A stretch of 64,000 bases of DNA from Rhodothermales bacterium (GCA_028284865.1 JANQQV010000004.1:5467-69466); one strand, 5' to 3'; positions 30,157 to 40,538 are shown, counted from the stretch's first letter. Notes: generated by a model not told the origin, from the sequence alone. Numbers and translations: made by a program.

Positions 30157-32202
30157 TCAACGTTTCGTGGTGAAACCGGACAGGATGATGGCTGCGTCCA
30201 GGGCCGGGCTTTGGTGGGTGAGATAATGCCAGGCCGTCCTCAAGATATCATCTTCCTCCAACTCTTCAGGAGAAAGTGAGTTCGTGACGGGGAAAAGCCC
30301 TTCAGGCATGTTCCACACCGGCGGAATGAGTGAATGAGAATCGAGTGACGTGCCGACCAGAGACTTGGCTCCTGAAAACACAGCAGGAAGGCCGCTCAAG
30401 CGATCGACTCCGTTCCGGAGTCCGGAATCCTCAGGTGTCACTTTGCTCACCAACCACAAGAGCGGAAAGAGAACGACAAGCAGCAGCCCGACGGAAATAT
30501 CGAATGCTCGATGCGAAGCACGGGATCGCAGGTGAACGACAACAGGGGCGTCGACGGCGAGGGAGCCGACTGAAAGATGATTTATGGAGGCCTTCCCGAT
30601 GATGTGGTCGCCGCCCTCGCTCAGGATTCGAAACTGGACATTCAGATCCCTCAGGGATTGCATGTGGTGAATGATGGCCTGATTGCTCACATCCTTGGCC
30701 GAGAAGACGATGTCCTGGTAGCCGCGCAAACGGACGAGGTCCCGCAATCCGGAAGGACGTCCCACCCGAGCAACGCGAGCAGTCGCCGCTGCGGTCTTGG
30801 GGCCTGGAGCGTCGTCCTCCGCCACGAATCCATCGAGTTGAAACTCCGGTTTGGGATGAGCAGCCATCAATCGCGCCAATCGATCGGCTTCTTGCTGACC
30901 ACCAACCAACAACGCGGATCGACCGGCAAGCCGATTCCGCGCGAAGACCAACCGCCATCCTGCCAACAACAGTGCAGACAAAGGCAGACTGGCCAGCAAT
31001 GCGAATCGGGAAAACGCAATCTGTTGGATGAAGAAGGAGAGGGCAGCCACAACGACGAAGCCACTCGCCAGTCCAACGAGGACGGGCAAGATGGGGAAGT
31101 GGCGCGGCCTGCGATAGCCCCCTGCCCCGGCGATGCCCAGTACGGTCACGAGTGCGAAAACGGGCGCTACTGTGGCCAGGAAAAGTGAAGTGAACGTTCC
31201 GCCTGTTTGCTCATAACGCCAGAATCCCATCATCGAGGTAGCTGCGAATACGCCTGCCAAATCCAGCAATGGGGGTAGGGCACGCTTGACGGCATTGCCC
31301 AGCAAGGTCACCAGGGCGCGCATCATGATCCCGAATCGAAGCAAGGACGCCAGAATCGTGGAGTGCTGCCTGTCCAGATGCTTTTCGATGAACAGGAGCA
31401 TGGCACCGTAGAAGAGGCGGACGTACCGGGTTTCTCCCTTCTTGGTGCTTTCCCCTTTGTAATGAATGATGCGCGTATCCGGCGTGTACCAGATGGACCA
31501 TCCGGCTTTCTGGATTCGAAAACAGAGGTCGAGGTCCTCTCCGTACATGAAGAAGTCCTCGTCGAAGAGCCCCGCGCCGCGAGGGCCCAACAGGGCCTCG
31601 CGGCGCGTCAGCATGCAGGATCCACTCAATGCATCAACCTCTGCTGCCTCGTCCACGGGCAGATAGGTCATGTTGTATCCGCCGAAGCGTCTGCTGCGCG
31701 GAAAGAGCTTGCCCAGTCCGGTCATGCGCCAAAAGGCAATCTCCGGGGTCGGGAAGGCACGGCGGCTTTCTGGTGCAAAAGAGCCGTCGGGATTCAGGAT
31801 CTGGCAGCCCAGCGCCCCGCAGTCTTCGTGCTGTCGCATGAACGCGACCATCCGATCCAGCGTGTCTTCCTGGACAATGGTATCTGGATTGAGGATGAAG
31901 ACGAATTCGCCACGACAGGCCTGGATGGCCTGATTGTTGGCTACGCCGAATCCCACATTTTCCTGATTGGCAATGAGGTGTACATCTGGAAAATCGTTTC
32001 GGACGGTTTCGACGGAATCGTCGACGGAGTTGTTGTCCACCACCCAGATGTCCGTCACCAGATTGCGGGAGGCTTGCTGTACCGACCGGATGGCCTGTAC
32101 GAGGAAATCCCGGACGTTGTAATTGACGATGACGACGCTCACGTCTACCGAATCGCGGGATTCGGACTCAGCAATGGGATCTTGCCGGGACGATGGCTGC
32201 AT
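30157..32202 (-). CDS. Family-2 glycosyltransferase fused to a multi-TM / Rossmann-like / degenerate PGT-type C-terminal module
   Basis: The N-terminus has GT2 motifs (VSVVIVNYN, VVDNNSVD, YGEDLDLC). The C-terminal half is collinear with the PGT at 27095-28504 (TM bundle, ALLVGGQQEADRLARL..., FDISVGLLLVVLFPLLWLV) but lacks the catalytic core. ATG 32202 is preferred over TTG 32238. Confidence 0.72.
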   Translation of the reverse strand: MQPSSRQDPIAESESRDSVDVSVVIVNYNVRDFLVQAIRSVQQASRNLVTDIWVVDNNSVDDSVETVRNDFPDVHLIANQENVGFGVANNQAIQACRGEFVFILNPDTIVQEDTLDRMVAFMRQHEDCGALGCQILNPDGSFAPESRRAFPTPEIAFWRMTGLGKLFPRSRRFGGYNMTYLPVDEAAEVDALSGSCMLTRREALLGPRGAGLFDEDFFMYGEDLDLCFRIQKAGWSIWYTPDTRIIHYKGESTKKGETRYVRLFYGAMLLFIEKHLDRQHSTILASLLRFGIMMRALVTLLGNAVKRALPPLLDLAGVFAATSMMGFWRYEQTGGTFTSLFLATVAPVFALVTVLGIAGAGGYRRPRHFPILPVLVGLASGFVVVAALSFFIQQIAFSRFALLASLPLSALLLAGWRLVFARNRLAGRSALLVGGQQEADRLARLMAAHPKPEFQLDGFVAEDDAPGPKTAAATARVARVGRPSGLRDLVRLRGYQDIVFSAKDVSNQAIIHHMQSLRDLNVQFRILSEGGDHIIGKASINHLSVGSLAVDAPVVVHLRSRASHRAFDISVGLLLVVLFPLLWLVSKVTPEDSGLRNGVDRLSGLPAVFSGAKSLVGTSLDSHSLIPPVWNMPEGLFPVTNSLSPEELEEDDILRTAWHYLTHQSPALDAAIILSGFTTKR

Positions 32203-32244
32203 TGTCGGGGAATGGACTGGTCGGATTCGGGGCCGCAAAGATAC

Positions 32245-33681
32245 ATGAAAACTGCTTGGCGGCCCGGACCGGTCGCCCTATCATGCGCACCGCCATCCCT
32301 CGCGGACCTAAGCCCCAGCAACCTGTCCCGGATCCAACCATATCGTATTGAAGCCCGCGCCACCATGGCGCTTGCTTTACCCATCGTGGTCACGCAGCTA
32401 GCCCACATTTCGCTGGGCTTTGTCGACACCGTGATGGTGGGTCGACTGGGGCCGGAGGCGCTGGCTGGCGTCGCCCTCGGCAACACCATCTTTTTCAATG
32501 CCCTCATCTTCTGCATGGGCATTCTGATGGCCGTGGGTCCGTTGGTATCCCAGGCATTCGGAGCGCATGATGACGAAGCCATTGGAAGGAGTGTTCGCCA
32601 GGGGCTCTGGATGGCGGCCTCGCTCGGGCTCGTCGCCTTCACGGTCATATATAATGGTGAGACCGTTCTGCGCTGGCTGGGCCAGGATGAGGCCAACGTC
32701 TTGTCTGCCGGAGCCTACCTGCGCGCCATCTCCTGGGGCATCTTTCCCTTTCTGGGCCTCGTGGCCCTGCGCTCCTTCGCCGAAGCGGTTTCTCGTCCGA
32801 AAGCCGTCACGGCCATCGTGATGAGTGGGGTGGGGGTGAACATCTTCCTCAACTGGGTGCTGATGTTCGGGAAATTCGGATTTCCGGCGATGGGCCTTGT
32901 GGGTACTGGTTGGGCATCGACAGGAGTCTACACCTTCAATTTTCTCCTGTTGGCCATCTGGGTGCTGCGTACACACGACTTCAAGCAGTACCACATCTTC
33001 AGTCGGCTCTCCCGCCCGGATTCCCACATGTTCAAGGAGCTGTTCCGCATCGGATGGCCGATTGGGGCCTCCATGGGAATTGAAACGTCGCTCTTCATGC
33101 TGACCGTGGTGATGATGGGATGGATCGGGACGACTCAACTGGCCGCGCACCAGGTCGCCATTCAGTGTGCCGCATTTACCTTCATGGTCCCTCTCGGAAT
33201 CGGAATGGCATCTTCGGTAAGGGTCGGGCAATGCATCGGTCGTCGCGACCTGGAAGGGGCGCGCCGTGCCGGATTCACCGGAGTGGCGCTTTCGGTCACC
33301 TTCATGTCCGCCACGGCCATCCTGTTCTTGACGTTTCCCAGCCAGGTCGTGTCGCTGTATCTCGACCTCTCTGAGCCGGCCAACGCCGCTGTCATTGCCA
33401 TGGCCGTGCAGTTGTTGTTCTTCGCCGCTGCTTTTCAGGTAGTCGATGGAATTCAGGTCGCGGTCATGGGCGCTCTCCGCGGAATGAAAGACACCTTTCA
33501 ACCCATGGTTCTGTCTGTCTTTTCCTATTGGGGAGTGGGTCTGGTCTCGGGGTATTTGTTGGCCTTTCGAGCCGGGATGGAAGAGCGCGGATTATGGATC
33601 GGTCTTGTGGTTGGACTCGCTACTGCTGCCGTCCTTTTGACAGTTCGATTCGTGCGACTGAGTCGGCCGAATTCCAGCTGA
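32245..33681 (+). CDS. MATE family efflux transporter
   Basis: EARATMALALPIVVTQLAHISLGFVDTVMVGRLG matches the NorM-type N-terminus, followed by 12 predicted TM segments. The 772-aa ORF in the track is a chimera, because its first 294 codons are antisense to the GT2 gene. ATG 32245 is the first canonical start outside that overlap. Confidence 0.85.
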   Translation: MKTAWRPGPVALSCAPPSLADLSPSNLSRIQPYRIEARATMALALPIVVTQLAHISLGFVDTVMVGRLGPEALAGVALGNTIFFNALIFCMGILMAVGPLVSQAFGAHDDEAIGRSVRQGLWMAASLGLVAFTVIYNGETVLRWLGQDEANVLSAGAYLRAISWGIFPFLGLVALRSFAEAVSRPKAVTAIVMSGVGVNIFLNWVLMFGKFGFPAMGLVGTGWASTGVYTFNFLLLAIWVLRTHDFKQYHIFSRLSRPDSHMFKELFRIGWPIGASMGIETSLFMLTVVMMGWIGTTQLAAHQVAIQCAAFTFMVPLGIGMASSVRVGQCIGRRDLEGARRAGFTGVALSVTFMSATAILFLTFPSQVVSLYLDLSEPANAAVIAMAVQLLFFAAAFQVVDGIQVAVMGALRGMKDTFQPMVLSVFSYWGVGLVSGYLLAFRAGMEERGLWIGLVVGLATAAVLLTVRFVRLSRPNSS

Positions 33682-33877
33682 TTTTCCAGCGCGCGAAATG
33701 TTGCGAATGTCCGTTCCACGGGGAAAACCTCTACAAATCTGAGCAGGGCTGAACACTCGTTGAAAACTTTCCCGCCTATTCCCTCTAAATTCAAGAGGAT
33801 CACGCTACCATCGCGAGGCAGCGTTCATTAGGTTGCCGCGTTCTGTGATTCCACACCATTGACAGACCCTTCCCGGG

Positions 33878-34525
33878 ATGCCTCAGATATTCCCCCGAAA
33901 GGCAAACGTACTGCCCCACTTGACCCTCGCGGGTTCTCTGGCTGGCGGCGTCTTTGCCATCTTCTTCATCTGGTACTACTTCTCTCCCGAATACACGGAT
34001 GTCGGGTATGCACCAGAGCAGCCCGTTGAGTACAGCCACCGACTGCACGCCGGCGAACTTGGCATCAGTTGTCAATACTGCCATACCAACGTGAAGGATG
34101 CAGCGCACTCGAACGTCCCGGCTACGCAGACGTGCATGAACTGCCACAGCCAGATCCGGACGGAGTCGCTTAAGCTCCTTCCCGTGCGTGAGAGCTGGGC
34201 CACCGGCAAGTCCATTGAATGGGTCAAGGTTCACCAGCTTCCTGACTACGCCCGCTTCAGCCACGCGGTGCACACCAACAATGGTGTCGGCTGTGAATCC
34301 TGTCACGGACGTATCGACCAGATGGAAGTCGTCTTCCAGGCCGAGCCCCTCTCCATGGGATGGTGCCTCGAGTGTCACAGAGCGCCTGAGCAGTACCTCC
34401 GCCCCAATTCCGAAATCACCACCATGGGATATGAGTATCCCGATGATTTCGTCCAGCAGAACCTCCAGCGCATCGACGCAGAAAGCATCGAGCCACCCAC
34501 GAACTGCTCAGCCTGTCACTATTGA
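33878..34525 (+). CDS. actA: Alternative complex III subunit ActA (pentahaem cytochrome c)
   Basis: N-terminal TM anchor plus five CxxCH motifs (CQYCH, CMNCH, CESCH, CLECH, CSACH). It is the first gene of the act cluster. Confidence 0.87.
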   Translation: MPQIFPRKANVLPHLTLAGSLAGGVFAIFFIWYYFSPEYTDVGYAPEQPVEYSHRLHAGELGISCQYCHTNVKDAAHSNVPATQTCMNCHSQIRTESLKLLPVRESWATGKSIEWVKVHQLPDYARFSHAVHTNNGVGCESCHGRIDQMEVVFQAEPLSMGWCLECHRAPEQYLRPNSEITTMGYEYPDDFVQQNLQRIDAESIEPPTNCSACHY

Positions 34526-34570
34526 TCGGAGCGACCGACCACCTGGGACCCGCACCGAATAGCAATTACC

Positions 34571-37500
34571 ATGATCGAGCTTCCTGTACTTGACGACAGC
34601 CCGGATTCGGCTGATCATCCTCGCACCCGTTTCTGGCGAAGCATGAGCCAGCTGGAAGGTAACCGCGAGTTCAAAGAGATGAACGCCGGCGAATTCCTGC
34701 CGGGTGCATCAAACGGACCCGCCTCAGAAGGCGGCAGCGGCGCAACCCGTCGTCAGTTCATTCAGCTGATGGGCGCCTCCATGGCGATGGCTGGCTTGAC
34801 GGCTTGCCGTAAGCCGGTCGAGACCATCGTCCCTTACGTCCGCCAGCCTGAGGACTTTGTTGAAGGCGTGCCGGTCCGATACGCGACTTCGATGCCTTTC
34901 CGCGGCGTACTCCATCCGATTCTCGTTGAGAGCTTCGACGGACGCCCCACGAAAGTCGAAGGAAACGCAGAGCATCCGGACAGCCACGGCGCAACGCACC
35001 TGTTTGAACAGGCTTCCATCCTTGCCCTGTACGATCCCGATCGTCTTGGAACGGTCCGCAACGGAGACACGGTCTCCGATTGGACCACGTTCCGCTCGAC
35101 TGTCTCCGGACTTCCGACTTCGTCCCGCCTTGTGGTTATCGCCGAGCCCACATCGTCCATGACGATGGCAGTGGTTCGCCGCCAACTTGAGCAGCGCTTC
35201 GATTCCGTTCGCTGGATCGATTACCACGGAGCCGTCGGCAACAACGCCGCTCAGGGAATTCAGGCCGCTTACGGCCGTTCGGCACGCGTTCAGCACGATC
35301 TGTCTAAAGCGCGCGTCATCCTCAGCCTGGATGCTGATCTTTTTGGTTCGACCGGTGCTGATCCAGTCGGTGCCGCCGCTGGATTCGCCACGGGTCGCGA
35401 CCCCGATGCCATCGAAGGCATGAGCCGCCTTTACGTTGTGGAAAGCGGCTACTCCATCACAGGCGGTATGGCTGACAACCGTCTTCGCATGAAATCGTCC
35501 GAGATTGCGTCGTTCGCAGCAGCCCTCGGCGCTGAGCTCGGTACCTGGAGCGGTGATGCCGGCGTTCACGCTTCGCACGAGTGGGTATCGGCCGTCGCCG
35601 ACGACCTGCGCTCCGCTGGTGGAAATGCCCTGGTAGTTGCCGGAGCGCAGCAGCCAGCCGGTGTTCATGCCTTGGTCGCCGCGATCAACGACCGTTTGGG
35701 AGCCGTTGGTACCACGGTCACCTACCTCGACAGCGACGTTCCAGCCGGCGACTCGCAGGCCGAACTCGAAGCTGCAGTCGCCGACATGGCGGCAGGCAAT
35801 GTCGACATCGTGTTGACGCTGGGTACGAACCCTGCTTACAACCATCCGGCATTCGCCGACGCTTACGCCAATGTCGAGCATCGCATCCACCTCGGAGCCT
35901 ATCTCGACGAGACGGCTACGAAAGCCTCGTGGGTTGTGCCTCAGACGCATTATCTCGAGGCGTGGGGCGACGGAACCAGCAGAAGCGGCGTTCCTGGCGT
36001 CATTCAGCCTTTGATCGCACCGCTCTACGAAGATGCTCGCTCGGATATCGAGGTAGTCGGTCTGTTTGCGACCGGAACTGAGATGCCGGGCTATGAAATG
36101 GTTCGTGCCACCTGGCGCACCCAGTTCAGCGGTTCATTTGAGAATGCCTGGCGCAAGGTTGTTCACGACGGATTTGCCGCTGGCGACGGTTTCAGCGCGG
36201 CGCGTTTGAGCCTTTCTGCCGCTGGCGTCCAGAGCGCGATGGAAGGTGTCAGCCTTTCAGCGAGTTCCGACGTCGAAGTTGTTGTCATGGCTGATTCGAA
36301 GGTTTTCGACGGTCGATTTGCCAACAATGCCTGGCTGCAGGAGCTGCCTGACCCGACGACGAAAGTGGTTTGGGACAACGTGGCCTGCATGAACCCTGCC
36401 ACGGCCGAAAAGCTGGGCGTTTCTGCCACGCTGAACGCCGGCAAGTACTATGCAGACATTGTCAGCCTTGATGTTGGCGGAAATGCGGTCGAACTGCCTG
36501 TCTGGATCCAGCCGGGCGTAGCGGATGACTCCGTTCACGTGACTCTCGGCTACGGTCGGGACATGGTCAGCGAACGCGAGCGCCGCAGCACCAATTTCTT
36601 TGACCTCGACGACTACACCGATGTGTATGGCAAGGGCGCCATCTCCACAGGTGTCGGTGCCAACGTTGCGCCGTTGACGCTCGGCGGTCACATCGCGGCT
36701 GTCTCCGTCTCCAAAGCTGGAGAGGGCTACATGGTGGCCTCCACGCAGGACCACGGTGCCATTGACGCGCCGCACGTCGGCGAAGAGGTCAAGAGCCGTG
36801 GTCTTTTCCGCATGGCAACGGTCGAGGAGTATCGCGCCGATCCGGAATTTGTCCGCGGTGGCGATCCCAAGCCGCTCAAGGAAGACTGGGACGAGTACCC
36901 CACGCTCTGGGAGGACAATCATCCGAAGGTATCGGAAGAGATCATGTCCTCGAACTACCACGAGAACCAGTGGGGGATGGTCATCGACCTGAACACCTGC
37001 ACCGGTTGCAACGCTTGTGTGGTAGCCTGCCAGGCTGAGAACAACATCCAGGTTGTCGGTAAGGAAGAAGTATCCCGCGGTCGCGAAATGCACTGGCTGC
37101 GCCTGGATCGCTACTTCGTTTCCGGAGATGGGGCTTCCTACGACGATCCACAGATGGTCATCCAGCCCCTGCCTTGCCAGCACTGCGAGAATGCGCCGTG
37201 CGAGCAGGTATGCCCGGTTGCAGCCACGGTGCACTCACCGGATGGCACCAACCAGATGATCTACAACCGATGCATTGGAACGCGCTACTGTGCAAACAAC
37301 TGCCCGTACAAAGTGCGTCGCTTCAACTTCTACAACTGGACGAAAACACTTCCGGATACGCTGCACATGGCGTCGAATCCAAACGTGACTGTCCGGTCCC
37401 GCGGTGTGATGGAGAAGTGCTCTTTCTGCATCCAGCGTATCCGCAGCGCCAACAAAGTGGCCAACGTGGAAAACCGTTCGATCGAAGATGGCGAAGTGGT

Positions 37501-37684
37501 CACGGCATGCCAGCAGGTTTGCCCATCGCATGCCATCACGTTCGGAGACCTTTCGAATCCGGACAGCGCCGTTTCGCGCCTTCGTGAGTCGGATCGTCGC
37601 TACGAGCTCCTGGCTGAGCTCAACGTGAAACCGCGCGTCAGCTACCTCGGTCGGGTCAGCAACCCGAATCCGAATCTGGCCTGA
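34571..37684 (+). CDS. actB: Alternative complex III subunit ActB (molybdopterin-like domain fused to a 4-cluster FeS domain)
   Basis: 1037 aa. It has the twin-arginine signal TRRQFIQLMGASMAMAG. The C-terminal part carries ferredoxin-type Cys clusters (CTGCNACVVAC, CQHCENAPCEQVCP, CIGTRYCANNCPYK, CSFC...CQQVCP). Confidence 0.9.
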   Translation: MIELPVLDDSPDSADHPRTRFWRSMSQLEGNREFKEMNAGEFLPGASNGPASEGGSGATRRQFIQLMGASMAMAGLTACRKPVETIVPYVRQPEDFVEGVPVRYATSMPFRGVLHPILVESFDGRPTKVEGNAEHPDSHGATHLFEQASILALYDPDRLGTVRNGDTVSDWTTFRSTVSGLPTSSRLVVIAEPTSSMTMAVVRRQLEQRFDSVRWIDYHGAVGNNAAQGIQAAYGRSARVQHDLSKARVILSLDADLFGSTGADPVGAAAGFATGRDPDAIEGMSRLYVVESGYSITGGMADNRLRMKSSEIASFAAALGAELGTWSGDAGVHASHEWVSAVADDLRSAGGNALVVAGAQQPAGVHALVAAINDRLGAVGTTVTYLDSDVPAGDSQAELEAAVADMAAGNVDIVLTLGTNPAYNHPAFADAYANVEHRIHLGAYLDETATKASWVVPQTHYLEAWGDGTSRSGVPGVIQPLIAPLYEDARSDIEVVGLFATGTEMPGYEMVRATWRTQFSGSFENAWRKVVHDGFAAGDGFSAARLSLSAAGVQSAMEGVSLSASSDVEVVVMADSKVFDGRFANNAWLQELPDPTTKVVWDNVACMNPATAEKLGVSATLNAGKYYADIVSLDVGGNAVELPVWIQPGVADDSVHVTLGYGRDMVSERERRSTNFFDLDDYTDVYGKGAISTGVGANVAPLTLGGHIAAVSVSKAGEGYMVASTQDHGAIDAPHVGEEVKSRGLFRMATVEEYRADPEFVRGGDPKPLKEDWDEYPTLWEDNHPKVSEEIMSSNYHENQWGMVIDLNTCTGCNACVVACQAENNIQVVGKEEVSRGREMHWLRLDRYFVSGDGASYDDPQMVIQPLPCQHCENAPCEQVCPVAATVHSPDGTNQMIYNRCIGTRYCANNCPYKVRRFNFYNWTKTLPDTLHMASNPNVTVRSRGVMEKCSFCIQRIRSANKVANVENRSIEDGEVVTACQQVCPSHAITFGDLSNPDSAVSRLRESDRRYELLAELNVKPRVSYLGRVSNPNPNLA

Positions 37685-37722
37685 TCAACCCGCTTTAAAC
37701 GTAACCGAAACACGCACCGCCT

Positions 37723-39171
37723 GTGAGTACGGCAAGCACGGATAAGACACTCGCCTCGATGGCGGACTTCCACGATGAAGCTCCGCTTATCACCGGGGGT
37801 CTGAATTTCCACGACATCACCGAGATCGTCTCTTCCCATACGGAGAAGAAGACCCCACTGGCCTGGTACGGTGCATTCAGTCTGGCGCTGGCCGGCCTGA
37901 TGCTTCTGGTGGGCATGATCGCCTACCTGTTCTGGAATGGAACGGGCGTTTGGGGACTCAACAACCCGGTCGGTTGGGGATACGCCATCGTCAACTTCGT
38001 TTTCTGGGTGGGTATTGGTCACGCCGGAACGCTGATTTCGGCCATCCTCTTCCTCTTCAGGCAGCAGTGGCGAACGGCGATCAACCGCTCCGCTGAGGCG
38101 ATGACCATCTTCGCTGTTATCTGTGCGTTGGTCTTCCCGACCATCCACGTTGGACGTGTTTGGGCCATTTACTGGACGCTTCCGCTCCCCAACCAGATGG
38201 AGATGTGGCCGCAGTTCAAGAGCCCGCTGCTCTGGGACGTCTTCGCTGTTTCGACCTACTTCACCGTTTCCCTCGTTTTCTGGTACATCGGTCTCGTTCC
38301 TGACCTGGCCACCATGCGGGATCGCGCGAAAGGCAAGCTTCGCCGCCTGGTTCTCGGTGTGGCCTCGATGGGTTGGACGGGCGCCAACCGCCACTGGCGC
38401 AACTACGAGAAGGCGTATCTCCTTCTCGCTGCCCTGGCTACGCCACTGGTTCTCTCGGTCCACTCGGTCGTTTCCTTCGACTTTGCCGTGTCGATCATAC
38501 CCGGCTGGCATACCACGATCTTCCCGCCCTACTTCGTTGCCGGAGCCATTTTCTCCGGATTCGCGATGGTGGTCACACTCCTGATCATCGCTCGGAAGAT
38601 CTACAGCCTGGAGAACATCATTACCGTCGACCACCTGGAGAAGATGAACATCATCATCCTGCTCACAGGGACGATGGTTGGTTTTGCGTACATCACCGAG
38701 TTCTTCATCGCCTGGTATTCCGGCGTGCAATATGAGCAGTATGCGTTCGTGAACCGCATGTTTGGTCCGTATGCCTGGGCTTACTGGACGATGATGTCGT
38801 GCAACCTGTTCTTCCCGCAGTTCTTCTGGTCGAAGAAGCTGCGCCGCAACATCACGTTCATGTTCATCATCTCGATCTTCGTCAACATCGGGATGTGGTT
38901 TGAGCGCTTCGTGATCACGGTGACATCGCTGCACCGCGATTACCTCCCCAGTTCCTGGGACTACTACACGCCGACCATGGTGGACGTCCTGACCTTTGTC
39001 GGAACGTTCGGTCTGTTCTTCACTCTTTTCCTGCTGTTCCTGCGCTTCATGCCGATGGTGGCCATTGCGGAGGTCAAAGGCGTCATGCCCGAGGCCGACC
39101 CGCATTTCTATGACCACGAAGGCGATGGCCACCATGCCGAGCATGCGGTCGAGCCTTCGACGCAGCAGTAA
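37723..39171 (+). CDS. actC: Alternative complex III subunit ActC (NrfD/PsrC-like quinol-interacting membrane subunit)
   Basis: 482 aa, GTG start, about 10 TM helices, NrfD-like pattern ([19 protein letters not shown]). Its position follows actB. Confidence 0.9.
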   Translation: MSTASTDKTLASMADFHDEAPLITGGLNFHDITEIVSSHTEKKTPLAWYGAFSLALAGLMLLVGMIAYLFWNGTGVWGLNNPVGWGYAIVNFVFWVGIGHAGTLISAILFLFRQQWRTAINRSAEAMTIFAVICALVFPTIHVGRVWAIYWTLPLPNQMEMWPQFKSPLLWDVFAVSTYFTVSLVFWYIGLVPDLATMRDRAKGKLRRLVLGVASMGWTGANRHWRNYEKAYLLLAALATPLVLSVHSVVSFDFAVSIIPGWHTTIFPPYFVAGAIFSGFAMVVTLLIIARKIYSLENIITVDHLEKMNIIILLTGTMVGFAYITEFFIAWYSGVQYEQYAFVNRMFGPYAWAYWTMMSCNLFFPQFFWSKKLRRNITFMFIISIFVNIGMWFERFVITVTSLHRDYLPSSWDYYTPTMVDVLTFVGTFGLFFTLFLLFLRFMPMVAIAEVKGVMPEADPHFYDHEGDGHHAEHAVEPSTQQ

Positions 39172-39201
39172 CCCGCATTACGAGTATCAATACACGCAGC
39201 C

Positions 39202-39810
39202 ATGCTGAATTCTCTGGCACGTGACGTAAAGGCGAGCATGAGCATCTACGATGCTGGCGATGACCAGGTCTATGGCCTGCTCGCCGAGTTCGCGAATCCG
39301 GGTGAGCTTCTGCACGCCGCCGAGGCGGTGCACGAAGCAGGCTTCCGTCACTTCGACACGCACAGCCCCTTCCCGATTCACGGGATGGACAAGGCCATGG
39401 GCCTAGGCAACTCCATTGTTGGATGGATCACGTTGGTCGGTGGAATCACCGGTCTCTCGTTGGCCACGCTGATGCAGTGGTGGATGGGCGCCGTGGACTA
39501 CCCGATCAGTATTTCAGGTAAGCCGTTTTTCGCTGTCGAACCTTCGATTCCGATCATGTTCGAATTGACGGTCCTTCTGGCGTCGCTGGCAACGGCAGGC
39601 GGGATGTTCGCTCTCAACGGCCTTCCGCGCCCGTACAACCCGTTGTTCTATTCGAAGAACTTCTTGCGCGTCACGGACGATGCCTTTTTCCTCCACATTG
39701 CTGCCAGTGACGAAAAGTTTGATCAGAGCGCAACGGCCAGCATGCTTCAGGAATTGGGAGCAAGCAATGTCGAAACCATTCACGATCACGGAGAGGAGGA
39801 CAAGGACTGA
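39202..39810 (+). CDS. actD: Alternative complex III subunit ActD (DUF3341)
   Basis: 202 aa. The segment YGLLAEF..P.ELL.AA......G...FD..SPFP.HG, followed by two TM helices, is typical of ActD. Confidence 0.8.
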   Translation: MLNSLARDVKASMSIYDAGDDQVYGLLAEFANPGELLHAAEAVHEAGFRHFDTHSPFPIHGMDKAMGLGNSIVGWITLVGGITGLSLATLMQWWMGAVDYPISISGKPFFAVEPSIPIMFELTVLLASLATAGGMFALNGLPRPYNPLFYSKNFLRVTDDAFFLHIAASDEKFDQSATASMLQELGASNVETIHDHGEEDKD

Positions 39811-39851
39811 GGACGGCGCCTGAACGGCCCTTGTCCATCACGATCAGGATC

Positions 39852-40463
39852 ATGATGAAAACCACCTACAAACCGACCTCCCTGCTGCTGATGGCCGTTT
39901 TTGTGCTGTTCGCTGCAGGCTGTCAGGGGTCGCTTTCGGAGAATCCCCCGCTTCATTTCAACCAGAACATGGACTTCCAGGAGCGCTACGACGCCCAGGA
40001 AGCCAATGATTTCTTCGAGGATGGGCGGGCCATGCGCGCTCCCGTCCGCGGGACGGTCGCGCGCGGCCATCTGAAAGAGGACACTGCGTTCTGGACGGGC
40101 CGGGATGCCTCCGGGAATTTCGTCTCGGACAACCCGCTGACCGTCGACATGGCGCTGCTTGAGCGCGGCCGTGAGCAGTACGAAATCTTCTGCTCCATGT
40201 GCCATGGCCTGGCCGGTGACGGACAAGGCATCATCATGACCGGTGGGTACGGCTATGTGCCGGCGCCAACGTACCACAGCGACATGGTCCGCGCTCAGCC
40301 GGACGGCTACCTCTACGACGCCCTGACCTGGGGGGTCCGGAGTATGCCCGGATACGGAACGCAGATCAAAGTCGAAGATCGTTGGGCCATTGTTGCCTAC
40401 GTCCGCGCTCTCCAACGCAGCCAGGCTGCCCCGATGTCCGACGTACCGGAAAGCGAACGATAG
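39852..40463 (+). CDS. actE: Alternative complex III subunit ActE (monohaem cytochrome c lipoprotein)
   Basis: Lipobox LFAAGC after the start MMKTTYK. It has a single CSMCHG haem site and a distal Met region (MPGY). The TTG at 39831 in the track is an over-extension. Confidence 0.8.
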   Translation: MMKTTYKPTSLLLMAVFVLFAAGCQGSLSENPPLHFNQNMDFQERYDAQEANDFFEDGRAMRAPVRGTVARGHLKEDTAFWTGRDASGNFVSDNPLTVDMALLERGREQYEIFCSMCHGLAGDGQGIIMTGGYGYVPAPTYHSDMVRAQPDGYLYDALTWGVRSMPGYGTQIKVEDRWAIVAYVRALQRSQAAPMSDVPESER

Positions 40464-40538
40464 ACCCCCAGCGCCCTCATCCAAGGCCCCACTGCCAACA
40501 TGTGACCCGGATTTCGGGTAACCAAGAAGCGAAAGCGA

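Noticed and set aside
31363-33681. A 772-aa plus-strand ORF that looks like one large protein.
   Set aside because: Only the part from about 32245 onward is MATE-like. The first ~294 codons are antisense to the GT2 gene and have no features of their own, so this is a chimeric over-extension.
37642-39144. A 500-aa ORF on the minus strand, opposite actC. Similar long antisense ORFs lie at 34724-35950, 36257-37234, 39786-40610, 40638-41816, 41788-42591, 43795-44820, 44827-45735, 45785-46513, 25359-26189, 52988-53989 and 55223-56812.
   Set aside because: These are shadow ORFs, typical of GC-rich coding DNA. Their translations are low-complexity and R/H/G/D/E-rich with no motifs. The opposite strand encodes unmistakable conserved proteins (ActB/C/F, Cox I/II/III, ABC-F, SprA).
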